From contig CAVUKQ010000004.1 in assembly GCA_963742115.1 (NCBI GenBank), positions 582,582-646,581 of the forward strand: DNA of 64,000 nucleotides, in the 5' to 3' direction. A program made the translations under genes and the position numbers. Origin of the DNA: an uncultured Gammaproteobacteria bacterium. GTDB taxonomy: Bacteria > Pseudomonadota > Gammaproteobacteria > Steroidobacterales > Rariloculaceae. The first letter of the stretch is position 1. The number at the start of each line of letters is the position of its first letter. Of this stretch, positions 1 through 10,026 are shown in pieces. The notes beneath the pieces are model-generated. The model had not been told where the DNA came from, did no database searches, and saw only the letters and a program-made list of their open reading frames with translations.

Positions 1-687
1 TTCGCGCCCGCGCGCGTAGTGACTACGGATGCCATTGCGCCCGCTGCGCGAACGGCGTCCGCGGCGGCCGGCGGCAGCGGGTTCTACGGTAAGGTCTTCG
101 TGCCGGCGCGCCCGGGCCAGGCGCCCACGTGGGTCGCGAAGCCGCCGCTCACCGCGGCGGCGCGTGAGGGCCAAGCCAAGTACGACGAGGTGGTCGACGA
201 CCCCGTGCTCGGCTGCGTGTCGCCCGGGATGCCGCGCGTGATGCTGCGCAGCGGCCCATACGCCGTCCGCTTCGTCGAGCGCGGCGCGGACCTCGTGCTG
301 CAAAACGAATGGTTCGGGATCGACCGCACCATTCATATGGACGGCAAGGAGCCGCCCGCCGACGCACCGTACACACCTCTCGGCTATTCCGCCGGCCGAT
401 GGGCCGGGCAAGCGCTCGTGATCACGACGACGCACATCGATTGGCCGTACTTCGAGCTCTACGGCCTGGTCGGCGTGCCGCAGAGCCGCGCGATGCGGAT
501 CGTCGAACGCTTCACGCCGAGCGACGACGGCGCGGCGCTGCGCTATGACTTCTCGGCTACCGATCCCGCGGCCTTCACCGAGACCGTCTCGTACGAGAAC
601 TACGCGACGTTCCGTTGGCAGCCTTCGCTCGATTTCCTGCCGTACGACTGCATCGAGGAGGAGCGCAAAGCGCGCAGCGCTCGCTGA
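1..687 (+). CDS. Exported hypothetical protein of the family usually partnered with DUF6152; 5' end probably lies outside the window
   Basis: Motif string DPxxGCxxPGMPR...RTIHMDG...GYSAGRW...ERFT...DP...YDCxE; same pattern as 23783-24646. Confidence 0.7.
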   Translation, partial: FAPARVVTTDAIAPAARTASAAAGGSGFYGKVFVPARPGQAPTWVAKPPLTAAAREGQAKYDEVVDDPVLGCVSPGMPRVMLRSGPYAVRFVERGADLVLQNEWFGIDRTIHMDGKEPPADAPYTPLGYSAGRWAGQALVITTTHIDWPYFELYGLVGVPQSRAMRIVERFTPSDDGAALRYDFSATDPAAFTETVSYENYATFRWQPSLDFLPYDCIEEERKARSAR

Positions 688-716
688 GCTCGCGCTCGCC
701 CCGCCGGAGAACCCGC

Positions 717-1388
717 ATGAATCGCTCGTTGCTACACCGCGTCGCGATCGGGGCAGCTCTGCTCTTCGCCGTGGCTGCGCTCGCGCAGCGGCCGTCCCCG
801 CCCGACCTCGCGGCGCTCGGCCTCACCGGCGGCCGGTTCGCACCTCTCACCTGGGCGCAGTTGAATCCCGAGCAGCGCGCGCTCATCGAGAGCGTGCTCG
901 CGGGCCCGCGCGCCAACCTCGGCGGTCCCTTCAACGTGTTGCTGCGCAGCCCCGCGACGGGCGACAAGCTGCAGGATTTCGGCGCGTCGATGCGCTTCCT
1001 CGAATCGATGCCGGCAAAACTGCGCGAGCTCGCGATCATCGTCACGGCGCGCCACTGGAAGTCGGAATACGAGTGGCAGGTGCACGCCCGCGCGGCCGCG
1101 CAGACGGGGCTCGACGCGGCGGCAATCGCGGCAATTCGCGACGGGCGGCGACCCGAGAACCTCGGACGGGACGAGGCCGCCGTTTACGAGTTCAGCACCG
1201 AGCTGCTGCATACGCACGAGGTGAGCGACGCGACGTTCGCCGCGGCGCGCGACGTGCTCGGCGAGCGAGCGCTCGTCGACCTCATCGCGCTCATGGGGTA
1301 CTACCAGACGATCGCGATGATGCTGAACGTGGATCGGCACCCGTTGCCGGCGGGCGCCACGGCCGAGCTCGAGGCCGCGCGACACTAG
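717..1388 (+). CDS. Carboxymuconolactone decarboxylase/AhpD-like family protein with signal peptide
   Basis: GGAGA RBS then ATG at 717; GGPFNVLLRSP, RELAII..AR.W.SEYEW.VH, LVDLIALMGYY motifs. Confidence 0.8.
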   Translation: MNRSLLHRVAIGAALLFAVAALAQRPSPPDLAALGLTGGRFAPLTWAQLNPEQRALIESVLAGPRANLGGPFNVLLRSPATGDKLQDFGASMRFLESMPAKLRELAIIVTARHWKSEYEWQVHARAAAQTGLDAAAIAAIRDGRRPENLGRDEAAVYEFSTELLHTHEVSDATFAAARDVLGERALVDLIALMGYYQTIAMMLNVDRHPLPAGATAELEAARH

Positions 1389-1416
1389 AACCGCCGTGAA
1401 TCCACGTCAAACGTGA

Positions 1417-1545
1417 TCAGGACGTGTGTCGCGAAGAAATAGGCGAAGCCAAGCAGCACCGCCATTTGCCCGAGTAGCGCCATGTACATCTGGCGCGTGC
1501 CGCTGCTCGCCGTTGCGTTGATCTCGGCTCGAAGCTCCCGCGCCA
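1417..1545 (-). pseudogene. 3' remnant of a small coiled-coil + C-terminal TM protein (DUF1640/CCDC90-like), copy A
   Basis: Encodes ELRAEINA...TRQMYMALLGQMAVLLGFAYFFATHV; homologous to 17832-18010; no credible start. Confidence 0.55.
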
Positions 1546-1657
1546 ATCCCGCAAAGCACGCTGTCAATGGACGGTAGCGCGATCCACGGCGAACGATAAG
1601 CGCTGACGATTCGCCAGCGATGCTCGAAACCGATCGCAACGTCGATTTAGGCGGCTA

Positions 1658-3337
1658 CTAGGCCACTTCCCGCGCCTGCCCCTCGACGGCCCGCTGATAG
1701 GGCTTCGGATCCGGCGGCGTGAGCGGCGCGTTGATGAAGCGCTCGTTCACCGCGGTATCCACGCCCTCGAGATACAGGTCGCGCGCGATCGCAGTAACGA
1801 GCCGCGGGTGATCGACCATGCTCGGCACATCCCCCACCGGAATGCCGAAGCTCAACGCGGCGGCGAGATTGAAGCAGTGGATGTTGCGCAGGTACTCGGC
1901 GCCCGTTTGCGCGCGCGGCAGGAACTCGAAGCCCGCGCCGAGGTACGGGTGATAGCTCCCGGCCGTGCTCTCGTCGCCGGACGCGGGTTGGTAGCGGTCG
2001 CGCCAGAGCGCGACGTGCTCGTGGATCCGAGCGAGCTCGGGCTGGGAAGCGAGATCGATCCGATAGCCCGTGCCTGCGATCACGTGATCGAAGCGCAGCG
2101 TCTTGCGGCCGGCCTTCGCGGTCACTTTGCCGTTACCGGCCAGCTTCACGTCGGACAGCGACGTATTCAGATGGATGTGGAAGCCCTTGAACGCGACGGC
2201 TCGCTCGAGCGAATCGAGCGGCACGGACGCCACGCGGCGATCGCCGAGCAGGAAGTTTCGCCAGCGCACGACGTCGGGCAGGTTGTACGTGAGCTCGAGC
2301 ACGTTCGGATGCCCGCGGTCGGCCGGCGGAGGCGCCGCCACGGGCGGTGACTGCGCGGAGGCGGCCGGCGCGGCCGGTGCTTGATAGTCGATATACGAGC
2401 GGCGGCTGAACAGATGCACCTCGGCCGCGCCACCCTCGAGCGCGACGGCAGCCGCATCGAACGCCGACGAGCCCGCACCGATCACGCCGACGACCTTGCC
2501 CATCAGCGTCTCGACCGGAATGCGGCCCGTCGTATGCGTCCAAACGGCGGGCGGCAGCGCACGCACGAAGTCCGGCACGTTGGGGCCGCCGGCACCGGCG
2601 TAGCCGTTCGCGAGCACGAGCTTGCGCGTGGTCTCGACGCGCTGTGCGCCGTCACTTTCCAAATGCAGGCGCAGCACGTCGCCTTGCGGCTCGATCTCGA
2701 TGAGCCGCGTGCGGTAGCGCACCTTCGTATCCGTGGCCTGCTGGAACCAGGCCAAGTAGTCGGCCCACGCGAGACGCGGAATTCGGTCCAACGCGTCGAA
2801 CGCCTCGGGGCCGTTCAACGTCTCGTACCACGCGCGGAAGCTCAGCGCGACGTTCCCGGCCTCGGGGCCCGGCATCAGCGTCTTCGGTGTGCGCAGCTGA
2901 TGCATGCGCGCGATGCTGCGCCAGATGCCGGCCTGACCCGGATCGGCTTGATCGATGACGTCGACGCGGCCGACACCTTTGCGCCGCAGGCCATACGCGA
3001 TCGCGACGCCGCTCTGACCGCCGCCGACGACCACGACGTTGTGGTCGACGCCCGTGCGGGCCCGCACCCAATCCGCCGGATCGCGCCCGGCCCAACGCAG
3101 GGCGCGGCCCGTCTGCGCAGCGAGCGGCTCACCCGCGTCCGCACGTGCCGGGATGGCCGGCCCGCTCGGTGGAGCGGCGACTTGCGCAAGCGCGGCCGGG
3201 CCGCTCAAACCGCCGACGGCGAGCATCGCCGCCCCGCGGAAGAGAGTCCGCCGGTCGATTCGGGCGCGCACCTCGCTCTCGGGCGGGGTGGACGTTCCTG
3301 GGTCTGAGTGAGTTGTCGGCCGGCGTTCGTCGGTCAT
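1658..3337 (-). CDS. FAD/NAD(P)H-dependent flavoprotein monooxygenase, HpyO (urate hydroxylase)-like, with Tat-like N-terminus
   Basis: VVGGGQSG and VIGAGSSA dinucleotide motifs, GTGY, IPRLAWADYLAW, HPYLGxGFEF, IHCFN; DRRTLF + hydrophobic stretch + ALA. Confidence 0.75.
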   Translation of the reverse strand: MTDERRPTTHSDPGTSTPPESEVRARIDRRTLFRGAAMLAVGGLSGPAALAQVAAPPSGPAIPARADAGEPLAAQTGRALRWAGRDPADWVRARTGVDHNVVVVGGGQSGVAIAYGLRRKGVGRVDVIDQADPGQAGIWRSIARMHQLRTPKTLMPGPEAGNVALSFRAWYETLNGPEAFDALDRIPRLAWADYLAWFQQATDTKVRYRTRLIEIEPQGDVLRLHLESDGAQRVETTRKLVLANGYAGAGGPNVPDFVRALPPAVWTHTTGRIPVETLMGKVVGVIGAGSSAFDAAAVALEGGAAEVHLFSRRSYIDYQAPAAPAASAQSPPVAAPPPADRGHPNVLELTYNLPDVVRWRNFLLGDRRVASVPLDSLERAVAFKGFHIHLNTSLSDVKLAGNGKVTAKAGRKTLRFDHVIAGTGYRIDLASQPELARIHEHVALWRDRYQPASGDESTAGSYHPYLGAGFEFLPRAQTGAEYLRNIHCFNLAAALSFGIPVGDVPSMVDHPRLVTAIARDLYLEGVDTAVNERFINAPLTPPDPKPYQRAVEGQAREVA

Positions 3338-3546
3338 GTGGTGGTTCCCCTCGATCTCGTTTTTCTCACGCAGTTACGGGAGAGCTGGTCGGCGCACACT
3401 ACCGAATGCACGCGCGCATGAACAAGTATTTCGGTTCGGCTTGCGGCGCAGCGTCGCTCGCGAGCGCCGTGCTAGCTTCCGGGATCGGCGTGCGTCACGT
3501 TCGACACGGTCTTGAGCGCGAACGACGACGGCCTGGACGCCCGAAA

Positions 3547-4293
3547 TCACGGCGGGCGCATGCTGAAAACCACTCGTCCGCCCACCATCGTCAGCGTCGG
3601 CCGAATATGCTTGATGTCGGCGGCGGGCACGGTCATGTAGTCGCGGTCGAGCACGACGAGGTCCGCTTGCTTACCGACCTCGAGCGAGCCGAGCGCGCTC
3701 TCCTGAAAGAACAGATACGCGTTCGAGCGCGTATGCGCGATCAGCGCCTCCTCGCGTGTCAACGTCTCGTCGAGCACGCGGTTACCGCCGACGTCGAGAC
3801 CGCTGACGACCCAGCCGAGCGTCACGAACGGGCTGTAATGCGAGACGATCGTGGCATCCGTTCCGAGGCCGAACACGATGCCGCTGTCGGCGATTTTTCT
3901 GAGCGGCATGTGAGCGCCGGCCTGCATCGCGGCGCCGTGCACGCCGAGCGCCTCGTGCCACGTATCGACGCCGCGCGTGAAGTGGAAGTGGTTGTCGATG
4001 AGGCCTGGGACGACGGTGGCGCCCGCAACGTCGATGGTCTTCGTGTCGGCGCCCGCGTAGCGCATGACCTCCGCGCTAGTGCCGCGCGCGACGATACGAC
4101 CGTCGTCGACGGCCAGCGCTTCGACGACGCGGAAGTCCGCGTCGACGGTCAGGATCTTGCCGTGCGTGATGACGGTGTCGACGTTCCGCTGCGCGAGTGC
4201 CGCGGCGCTCGCGAGTGCGGCGAAGATGCCGACAGCGACGGCCAGGCTCTTGAGCCGCGCGCGCACGCGGAGCTCGTTATTCGCGACATTCAT
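3547..4293 (-). pseudogene. Amidohydrolase 3 (YtcJ-like) with large in-frame internal deletion
   Basis: Signal peptide, GKILTVD...GATVVPGLIDNHFH joined within about 25 residues to C-terminal GTD...GSLEVGKQADLVVLD...TMVGG; only 248 aa. Confidence 0.7.
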
Positions 4294-4341
4294 GTGACTC
4301 ACCCCCCGAGCGGTGAGTATAGGCAGTCGAACCGCTATTTC

Positions 4342-4387
4342 GCATGCTTGCAGCGTCTGCATGCAACGCCTATATTTCATGCATGCA
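4342..4387 (+). promoter_or_regulatory. Sigma70-type promoter of vapBC with three GCATGC palindromes (putative autoregulatory operator)
   Basis: TTGCAG 4348-4353, 17-nt spacer, TATATT 4371-4376; GCATGC at 4342, 4359, 4381. Confidence 0.6.
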
Positions 4388-4625
4388 GTACACCATACGC
4401 CGGATCCCGCGGGCCGTGGACAATGCGATTCGCGAGCGTGCCCGCGCCACAGGCAAAAGTCTCAATGAAGCGGTCGTGGACACGCTGGCTCAAGGCGCCG
4501 GTGTCCAGGGCGTCCCGCACAAGCGCCGCGACCTCGGCGACATCGCTGGCACCTGGAAAGCGGACAAGACCGTCGACGCCGCGCTGGCCGAGCAGGACCG
4601 TGTCGACGCAGACCTCTGGAAATGA
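4383..4625 (+). CDS. vapB: Antitoxin, ribbon-helix-helix/FitA-like
   Basis: 80 aa, MQYTIRRIP...IRERAR..GKSLNEAVV; ATGA overlap with PIN toxin. Confidence 0.75.
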   Translation: MQYTIRRIPRAVDNAIRERARATGKSLNEAVVDTLAQGAGVQGVPHKRRDLGDIAGTWKADKTVDAALAEQDRVDADLWK

Positions 4626-5005
4626 GAATTGCGATCGACACGAATCGGTACGTCGACCTCTGTAAAGGCGTCGCCGAAACGGTGGAGATCCTCGAGACGG
4701 CCACGGAGCTCGTCGTGCCGTTCGTCGTGCTCGGCGAGTTGCGGGCGGGGTTCCTGCTCGGCCGTCGGCAGGTCGAGAACGAGCGCTCCCTGAACCGGCT
4801 TCTGCTCAAGGATGGCGTGGAAGTGATCTACGCGGACGACCAGACGACGCACCACTACGCATCCGTGTTCCGCCAACTGCGCAAGCAGGGTACGCCGATT
4901 CCCACGAACGACATGTGGTTAGCGGCGCTCGTGTTGCAGCACAACCTCGCTTTGCACGCGCGGGACAAGCACTTCGACCATCTGCCCCAGCTCGTTCGCG
5001 TCTAG
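4622..5005 (+). CDS. vapC: PIN-domain toxin
   Basis: IDTN, VLGEL..G, PIPTNDMWLAA, RDKHF; 127 aa. Confidence 0.9.
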   Translation: MRIAIDTNRYVDLCKGVAETVEILETATELVVPFVVLGELRAGFLLGRRQVENERSLNRLLLKDGVEVIYADDQTTHHYASVFRQLRKQGTPIPTNDMWLAALVLQHNLALHARDKHFDHLPQLVRV

Positions 5006-5096
5006 TTGCCCCCGCGCAATCCGGCTATGCAGGCGCGCGAGCGGTTGCGCTGACGGTCGCATCTCGGGACGGCGCGGCGCCGAGCTCGCACAAAAG

Positions 5097-5948
5097 TCAG
5101 AGGTGCGCCGTCCGCGCCGCGATCTTCTTCAGCGCCTCGGCGAACAGCCACAGGAACACGAGCGGCAGGATGATCGCCTGCAGCGCGAAGATCACGATCA
5201 GGTCGACGAGGTGCCGGACGGCGCCCGAAACGCTCTCGCGCAGCGTCGCCATTCGCTCGCGCACGTCGAGCGCCTGTAAGGAGTCGTCGACGAGGTTCCC
5301 GAGGCGCTCGGTCAGCGATGGCGCGGCGGCGGGCGGCTCGGCGGGCTCCTCGGTCAGCTCCTCGATCTTGCGCCCCGTGGCCATCAGCGCGTCGTTTGCG
5401 GCCTGCTCCTGCGCGGCGAGGAACGTGTCGAACACGAGCGTCGAGCCGAGCACGAACACGGGCACGGCGAAGCGCACGAACACGAGGATCATGAGCAACC
5501 GAACGGCCGTGCGCGTGCCGATCCAACCAAACCAAGCCGGCTTCCAAACCACCACGAGCGCGAGACCGGCCGCGATCGCGAGCGCGAGGTTCGTCGCCCA
5601 CCACTCCGCCATCTCGAGCAGCACGCCTTGCAGCGCGAGCGAGCTCGTCGCGACGAGCATCGCGGCCGAAAAGCGCTCGACGAGATCGTTGATTGGATCG
5701 AGCGCCTGACCCAGAGCGAAGTTCACGCCGACGCCGCCGGGCTCGACGGCAACCTCGGTTCCTTGCGCGACGGAAATCGCGCCGTCGAGCGTGCGCGCGA
5801 TCGCGAACGTCACGAGCGACCGCGTGAGTGCGGCTTCGGCGTAGCGGCGGCTCGGCTCGTCGAGTAGCCCTCCGAGGGCCGCGAGCACCGGGATCACGGC
5901 GAAGATCGCGATTGCGATTCTCTGGCGGCGGCTCGGTGCTTCAATCAT
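5097..5948 (-). CDS. Hypothetical multi-pass membrane protein
   Basis: 283 aa with several hydrophobic helices; conserved-looking GQALDPINDLVERFS. Confidence 0.7.
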   Translation of the reverse strand: MIEAPSRRQRIAIAIFAVIPVLAALGGLLDEPSRRYAEAALTRSLVTFAIARTLDGAISVAQGTEVAVEPGGVGVNFALGQALDPINDLVERFSAAMLVATSSLALQGVLLEMAEWWATNLALAIAAGLALVVVWKPAWFGWIGTRTAVRLLMILVFVRFAVPVFVLGSTLVFDTFLAAQEQAANDALMATGRKIEELTEEPAEPPAAAPSLTERLGNLVDDSLQALDVRERMATLRESVSGAVRHLVDLIVIFALQAIILPLVFLWLFAEALKKIAARTAHL

Positions 5949-6048
5949 GTGTCATCGGCCGGTCGGAGATCTCCTCGAGGGGCCACCCGTGCGTCGCGAA
6001 CCGCGGCCGGCGAGCGTGACCCGCGCTGCTACGCCGGCGAGTCTGCGC

Positions 6049-7128
6049 TCACTTCTTCGCTTTCTTTTCGATCTCGGTCGCGAGGTCGATGAACACCTTC
6101 GCGTACTTCGCCGTGTCGAGCTGTGCCATCGCGAAGTGCCCGCCGCCTTTGAGCCCGCGATCGGGCAGGTAGACATAGCTCGCGTCGACGCCGGCCTGCT
6201 GCCATACGGAGGCCTGGCACTTGAGCGCGTCCTGGTTCGCGAGGCCCTTCTCCGAGCCGACGAGAATGATCGGGACGCGCGCGTAGTTCACGAGCTTGCT
6301 CGGGCTCGCACCCTGCATCGGGCAACCGCCGCGATCGACCGCCGCGAAGCCCTGCGGCAGCGCCGGCTCGGCCTTCCAGGTCGTGATCAGCGATGGCGAA
6401 TTGTTGAAGCCCGGCGCGACCGGATTGGCACCCGCAGCTTCGAACGCGACGATGCCGACCACGTTCTTCGCGTTCAGGTCCGGCACGCGGAACGTGCTGC
6501 CGCCGCCCGCCGAGTGCGCCAACAGCACGGCGGGGCCGATCTCGTCGAGCAGCGCCGAAATTTTCTGCGCCGCGAGCACGTCGCCGCAATAAGGCGCCGT
6601 GGTCGAGCTCGCGGTCCAGCCGATGACGGCTTTGTTGGTCGGCGTCGGCTCGCCGCCGGGCCAAACGGTCGGATCGGAGGTCGAGAGCCGCGAGATGATC
6701 GCGCTATTCGCGACGCCGACCTTGCCGTCGCGGCAGCTCGGGTTGCTTTGCGAGCGGCCGTGGCCAGGGCGGTCGACGACGTACACGTCCCAACCGTCCG
6801 CGACGAAATAGTCCGCCCAGCCGTCGCGCCCATCGGGCGTCTCGAGCCAGTCGGTGCCCTGCCCGCCGCCGCCGTGGATCATCACGAGCGGATACGCATG
6901 CTTGCGGTCCGCCGGCAGCATGTACTGGACGAACATCGGGTTGCTCACGTTGAGCGAGCCGTTGTCGCCGGGCTCGCTCGTGTAGCCGACGAACTTCGCA
7001 CCGACGTCGCGCAGCGCGAGGCGCCCAGCCTCGCCGCCGGCGAGAGCCGGCAGCGCGAAACCGACGGCCGCCGCGGCAGCCGTGCCCCAGAGCAAACGTG
7101 AAAGCCGCAAATGTGAAAGCTTGTTCAT
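6049..7128 (-). CDS. Exported alpha/beta hydrolase
   Basis: Signal peptide; IHGGG, TPDGRDGW, DRPGHGRS, AHSAGG nucleophile elbow, GGGH. Confidence 0.85.
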   Translation of the reverse strand: MNKLSHLRLSRLLWGTAAAAAVGFALPALAGGEAGRLALRDVGAKFVGYTSEPGDNGSLNVSNPMFVQYMLPADRKHAYPLVMIHGGGGQGTDWLETPDGRDGWADYFVADGWDVYVVDRPGHGRSQSNPSCRDGKVGVANSAIISRLSTSDPTVWPGGEPTPTNKAVIGWTASSTTAPYCGDVLAAQKISALLDEIGPAVLLAHSAGGGSTFRVPDLNAKNVVGIVAFEAAGANPVAPGFNNSPSLITTWKAEPALPQGFAAVDRGGCPMQGASPSKLVNYARVPIILVGSEKGLANQDALKCQASVWQQAGVDASYVYLPDRGLKGGGHFAMAQLDTAKYAKVFIDLATEIEKKAKK

Positions 7129-7206
7129 TGCCGAAATCCTCTTTCTTAGCCGTTGTTATTCGCTGACCGGCTGGCGCCCGGTCGATGCGCGGACCGCTCC
7201 GCAGCG

Positions 7207-8193
7207 TCACTGCGTGATGCTTTGGATCTCGTCCGGCGAAAACTTGCGGGTCAAGCGCGCGCCCATCTGGGACACGATACGAGCGGCGGCATGGGACGCG
7301 AGCTGCCCCGATTGCTTCCAGCTCATCCCGTGCGTGAGCCCGTAGAGGATGCCCGCGGCGTACATGTCGCCGGCGCCGGTCGTATCCACGGCCTTCACCT
7401 TGACGCCCTCGATCGGATACGCCTTGTCGCCGTGCATCAGCAGCGACCCGTCGGCGCCGAGCGTCAGCGCGACGTTGGTCGCATGCTTGTGGATCATCCG
7501 CGCCGCGGCGATCGGATCCTGCTCGCCCGTGAGCGCGCGGGCCTCTTCCAAGTTCGCGAACAGCAAATCGACCGGCCCCTCGATCAGCTTCCAGAACAGA
7601 TCGCGCTGCAGACCGATGACGAACGGATCGGAGATGGTGAGCGCCACCTTCACGCCATGCTCCTTCGCGATCTCGATCGCGCGCAATGCCGCGGCCCGCG
7701 TGGAATCGCCCGGGAACAGATAGCCTTCAACGTACAGGTACTTCGCCTTCTTGATCTCGGCCGCCGGAATGTCGCCGGCCGACAGCGTCGCGGAGATGCC
7801 GAGATGCGTGAGCATCGTGCGCTGCGCGTCCGGCGTAATCAGGATCACCGACGTTCCGGTCGCGGCATCCGTGCCGCCCGGCACGGGCACTGCGACGCCC
7901 ACTTTCTTGAGATCGCCGACGTAGAAGCGGCCAAGCTCGTCGTTGGCCGTCTTGCCGGCGTAGGCGGCCGTGCCGCCGAAGTCCGCGACACCGACCATCG
8001 TGTTGCACGCGGAGCCGCCGGAGCAGCGATTCGTGGCCTGGCCCGCGAGCGCTGCGAGCACTTTCGCCTGCTGCTCGGCCTCGACCAAGGTCATCATGCC
8101 CTTCGCCACGTCGATCTTGCGGAGAAACGCGTCGTCGATCTGTAATTGGATGTCGACAATCGCGTTGCCGACACCGAAGACGTCATAAGTCAT
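7207..8193 (-). CDS. PfkB-family carbohydrate/adenosine kinase
   Basis: [31 protein letters not shown]. Confidence 0.9.
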   Translation of the reverse strand: MTYDVFGVGNAIVDIQLQIDDAFLRKIDVAKGMMTLVEAEQQAKVLAALAGQATNRCSGGSACNTMVGVADFGGTAAYAGKTANDELGRFYVGDLKKVGVAVPVPGGTDAATGTSVILITPDAQRTMLTHLGISATLSAGDIPAAEIKKAKYLYVEGYLFPGDSTRAAALRAIEIAKEHGVKVALTISDPFVIGLQRDLFWKLIEGPVDLLFANLEEARALTGEQDPIAAARMIHKHATNVALTLGADGSLLMHGDKAYPIEGVKVKAVDTTGAGDMYAAGILYGLTHGMSWKQSGQLASHAAARIVSQMGARLTRKFSPDEIQSITQ

Positions 8194-8260
8194 CGGATCA
8201 CTGTCCTTATCGTATGGATGATTGAGATGCGGGTTGTAGTGGAATGATCGTAGCCCAGGT

Positions 8261-9295
8261 TCATTTCGGTGCCGGCGGCGGCGCCTGAATCAGCACGAGG
8301 AACAGGTTGTCGGGGTCGCGCACGATTCCGACCTTGAGCGTGCCGGCGCCCGCCGGCAGATCGAGCGGCTTGCCGCCGGTCGAGACGAACGTGCCGCCGG
8401 CCTTGCCGAGCGCGGCAACGGCCGCGTCGATATCGGTGACCCGGAGCTGGATTCGCGTCGAGCCGGGATCCTCGATCCCCGCGCTGACCGTCTTGCGGTC
8501 GACGCCCTTGAAGTCGATCAGCGTGAACTGCAGGCCCGAAGTCGGCACGTCGAGCAAGCCGACGCGATACTCCCCGCCGCTCAAGCCGAGCACGTCGAGA
8601 ACCGCCGGGTCGCCGCTATACGCGCCGGCGCCGTTGCCGGCCGCATGGAACCCGAGCGCGTCGCGATACAGCCGCAAAGCTTTGTCCACGTCGTTCACGG
8701 TGAAGCGCACACGCACGCCGACCACGTTCGCGGTTGCGGCGGCTTGTGCGTCGGTGAGCTTCTCGGGCTGGACGATCTCGACGAAATGACCGGCCGGGTC
8801 CTGCACCACGATCATCCGGCCGACCGCGATCTTCACGGGTGCTCCGCTCCGAGTCACGATCGGGGCGCCAACCTGCTTCACGCGCGCGACCGTCGCATCG
8901 AGGTCGCGGACCGTCGCAACGAGCGTCACGGCGCCGGGATCCTGCACGCGGCGCGCGACGGGCTCGCCGTTCGCCTTCGAGACCTCGATGATCTCGACGC
9001 CGCCGGCAATGGGCGGCGCGCGGCCGATCTGATAGCGCAGACGCGCGTCGGGCAACCCGAACATCGCGCGCAGCTGTGGATTGGCATCGGCGTTCGCGGG
9101 GTCGCCTTGAAACTCGAACCCGACCGCGCGGTAAAACGCGATGGCTTTGTCGAGGTCCGCGACGATCGGGCTGAAGTAATTTCCCGAGCCCACGACGAGG
9201 CCCGTCGGCGCGGGGCCGGTGGGAACCGCCGCCGGCTGTGCATACGCGGCACCGGCCGCGACCAACAACCCGAGAGCGATCGCAATTCTTTTCAT
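8261..9295 (-). CDS. Exported two-domain VOC/glyoxalase-family protein
   Basis: Signal peptide MKRIAIALG...AYA; [30 protein letters not shown]. Confidence 0.8.
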   Translation of the reverse strand: MKRIAIALGLLVAAGAAYAQPAAVPTGPAPTGLVVGSGNYFSPIVADLDKAIAFYRAVGFEFQGDPANADANPQLRAMFGLPDARLRYQIGRAPPIAGGVEIIEVSKANGEPVARRVQDPGAVTLVATVRDLDATVARVKQVGAPIVTRSGAPVKIAVGRMIVVQDPAGHFVEIVQPEKLTDAQAAATANVVGVRVRFTVNDVDKALRLYRDALGFHAAGNGAGAYSGDPAVLDVLGLSGGEYRVGLLDVPTSGLQFTLIDFKGVDRKTVSAGIEDPGSTRIQLRVTDIDAAVAALGKAGGTFVSTGGKPLDLPAGAGTLKVGIVRDPDNLFLVLIQAPPPAPK

Positions 9296-9432
9296 TTGAG
9301 TCATCCCCCAGTTTTTCCTGCCGCCGGACGTATCGCGACGCCGGCCGACGCCAAGTAACGCTTTTGATCGTGCAGGCACGCTGCCGCCATTAGTCTGACA
9401 CGAACGCACTCCCGGACCGCCCGGACGCGGCC

Positions 9433-9970
9433 TCACGTCGCCCGCGCCGCGCGCGCGCCCGCGCGCCGCGGCAGCTGCCAATTCGGCCGCGGAAAGTGGC
9501 ACGTGTAGCCGCCGGGATAGCGCAGCAGGTAGTCCTGGTGCTCGGGCTCGGCTTCCCAGAAGGGGCCCGCCGGGCGCACTTCGGTGACGACGCGTCCGGG
9601 CCACAGCCCCGACGCGTCGACGTCGGCGATCGTGTCCTCCGCCACGCGGCGCTGCTCGTCGGAGAGGTAGTAGATGCCGGACCGGTACGACATGCCGCGG
9701 TCGTTACCTTGCGCGTTCTTCGTCGTCGGATCGTGGATCTGGAAGAAGAACTCGAGCAGCGCCCGATACGAGAGCTTGGCCGGATCGAATACCACCTCGA
9801 TCGCCTCCGCGTGCGTGCCGTGGTTGCGATACGTCGCGTGCGGCACGTCGCCGCCGCTGTAGCCCACGCGCGTGCGTCTTGATGCCCGGCAGCTTGCGGA
9901 TCAGGTCCTGCATGCCCCAGAAGCATCCGCCCGCGAGAATCGCCGTTTCCGCCGTTTCAGAGTTCGCCAT
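9433..9970 (-). CDS. msrA: Peptide methionine sulfoxide reductase A; one +1 frameshift near 9875
   Basis: GGCFWG in one frame; [33 protein letters not shown] in the next. Confidence 0.9.
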
Positions 9971-10026
9971 GAGTAGATCTCCGTAGCTCGAAGCCCGAGC
10001 GCCGCGTAGCGCGACAGTTTACCGCG

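Noticed and set aside
8261-9604. Long N-terminal extensions in the ORF track (also 12296-13699, 23783-25432, 31068-32903, 38201-40192)
   Set aside because: They overlap neighbouring genes; downstream starts have an RBS or coupling plus signal peptides
9865-9885. Programmed frameshifting in msrA, DUF1552 or the adhesin genes
   Set aside because: No slippery heptamers or homopolymer tracts at the sites examined; simple indel error is more parsimonious
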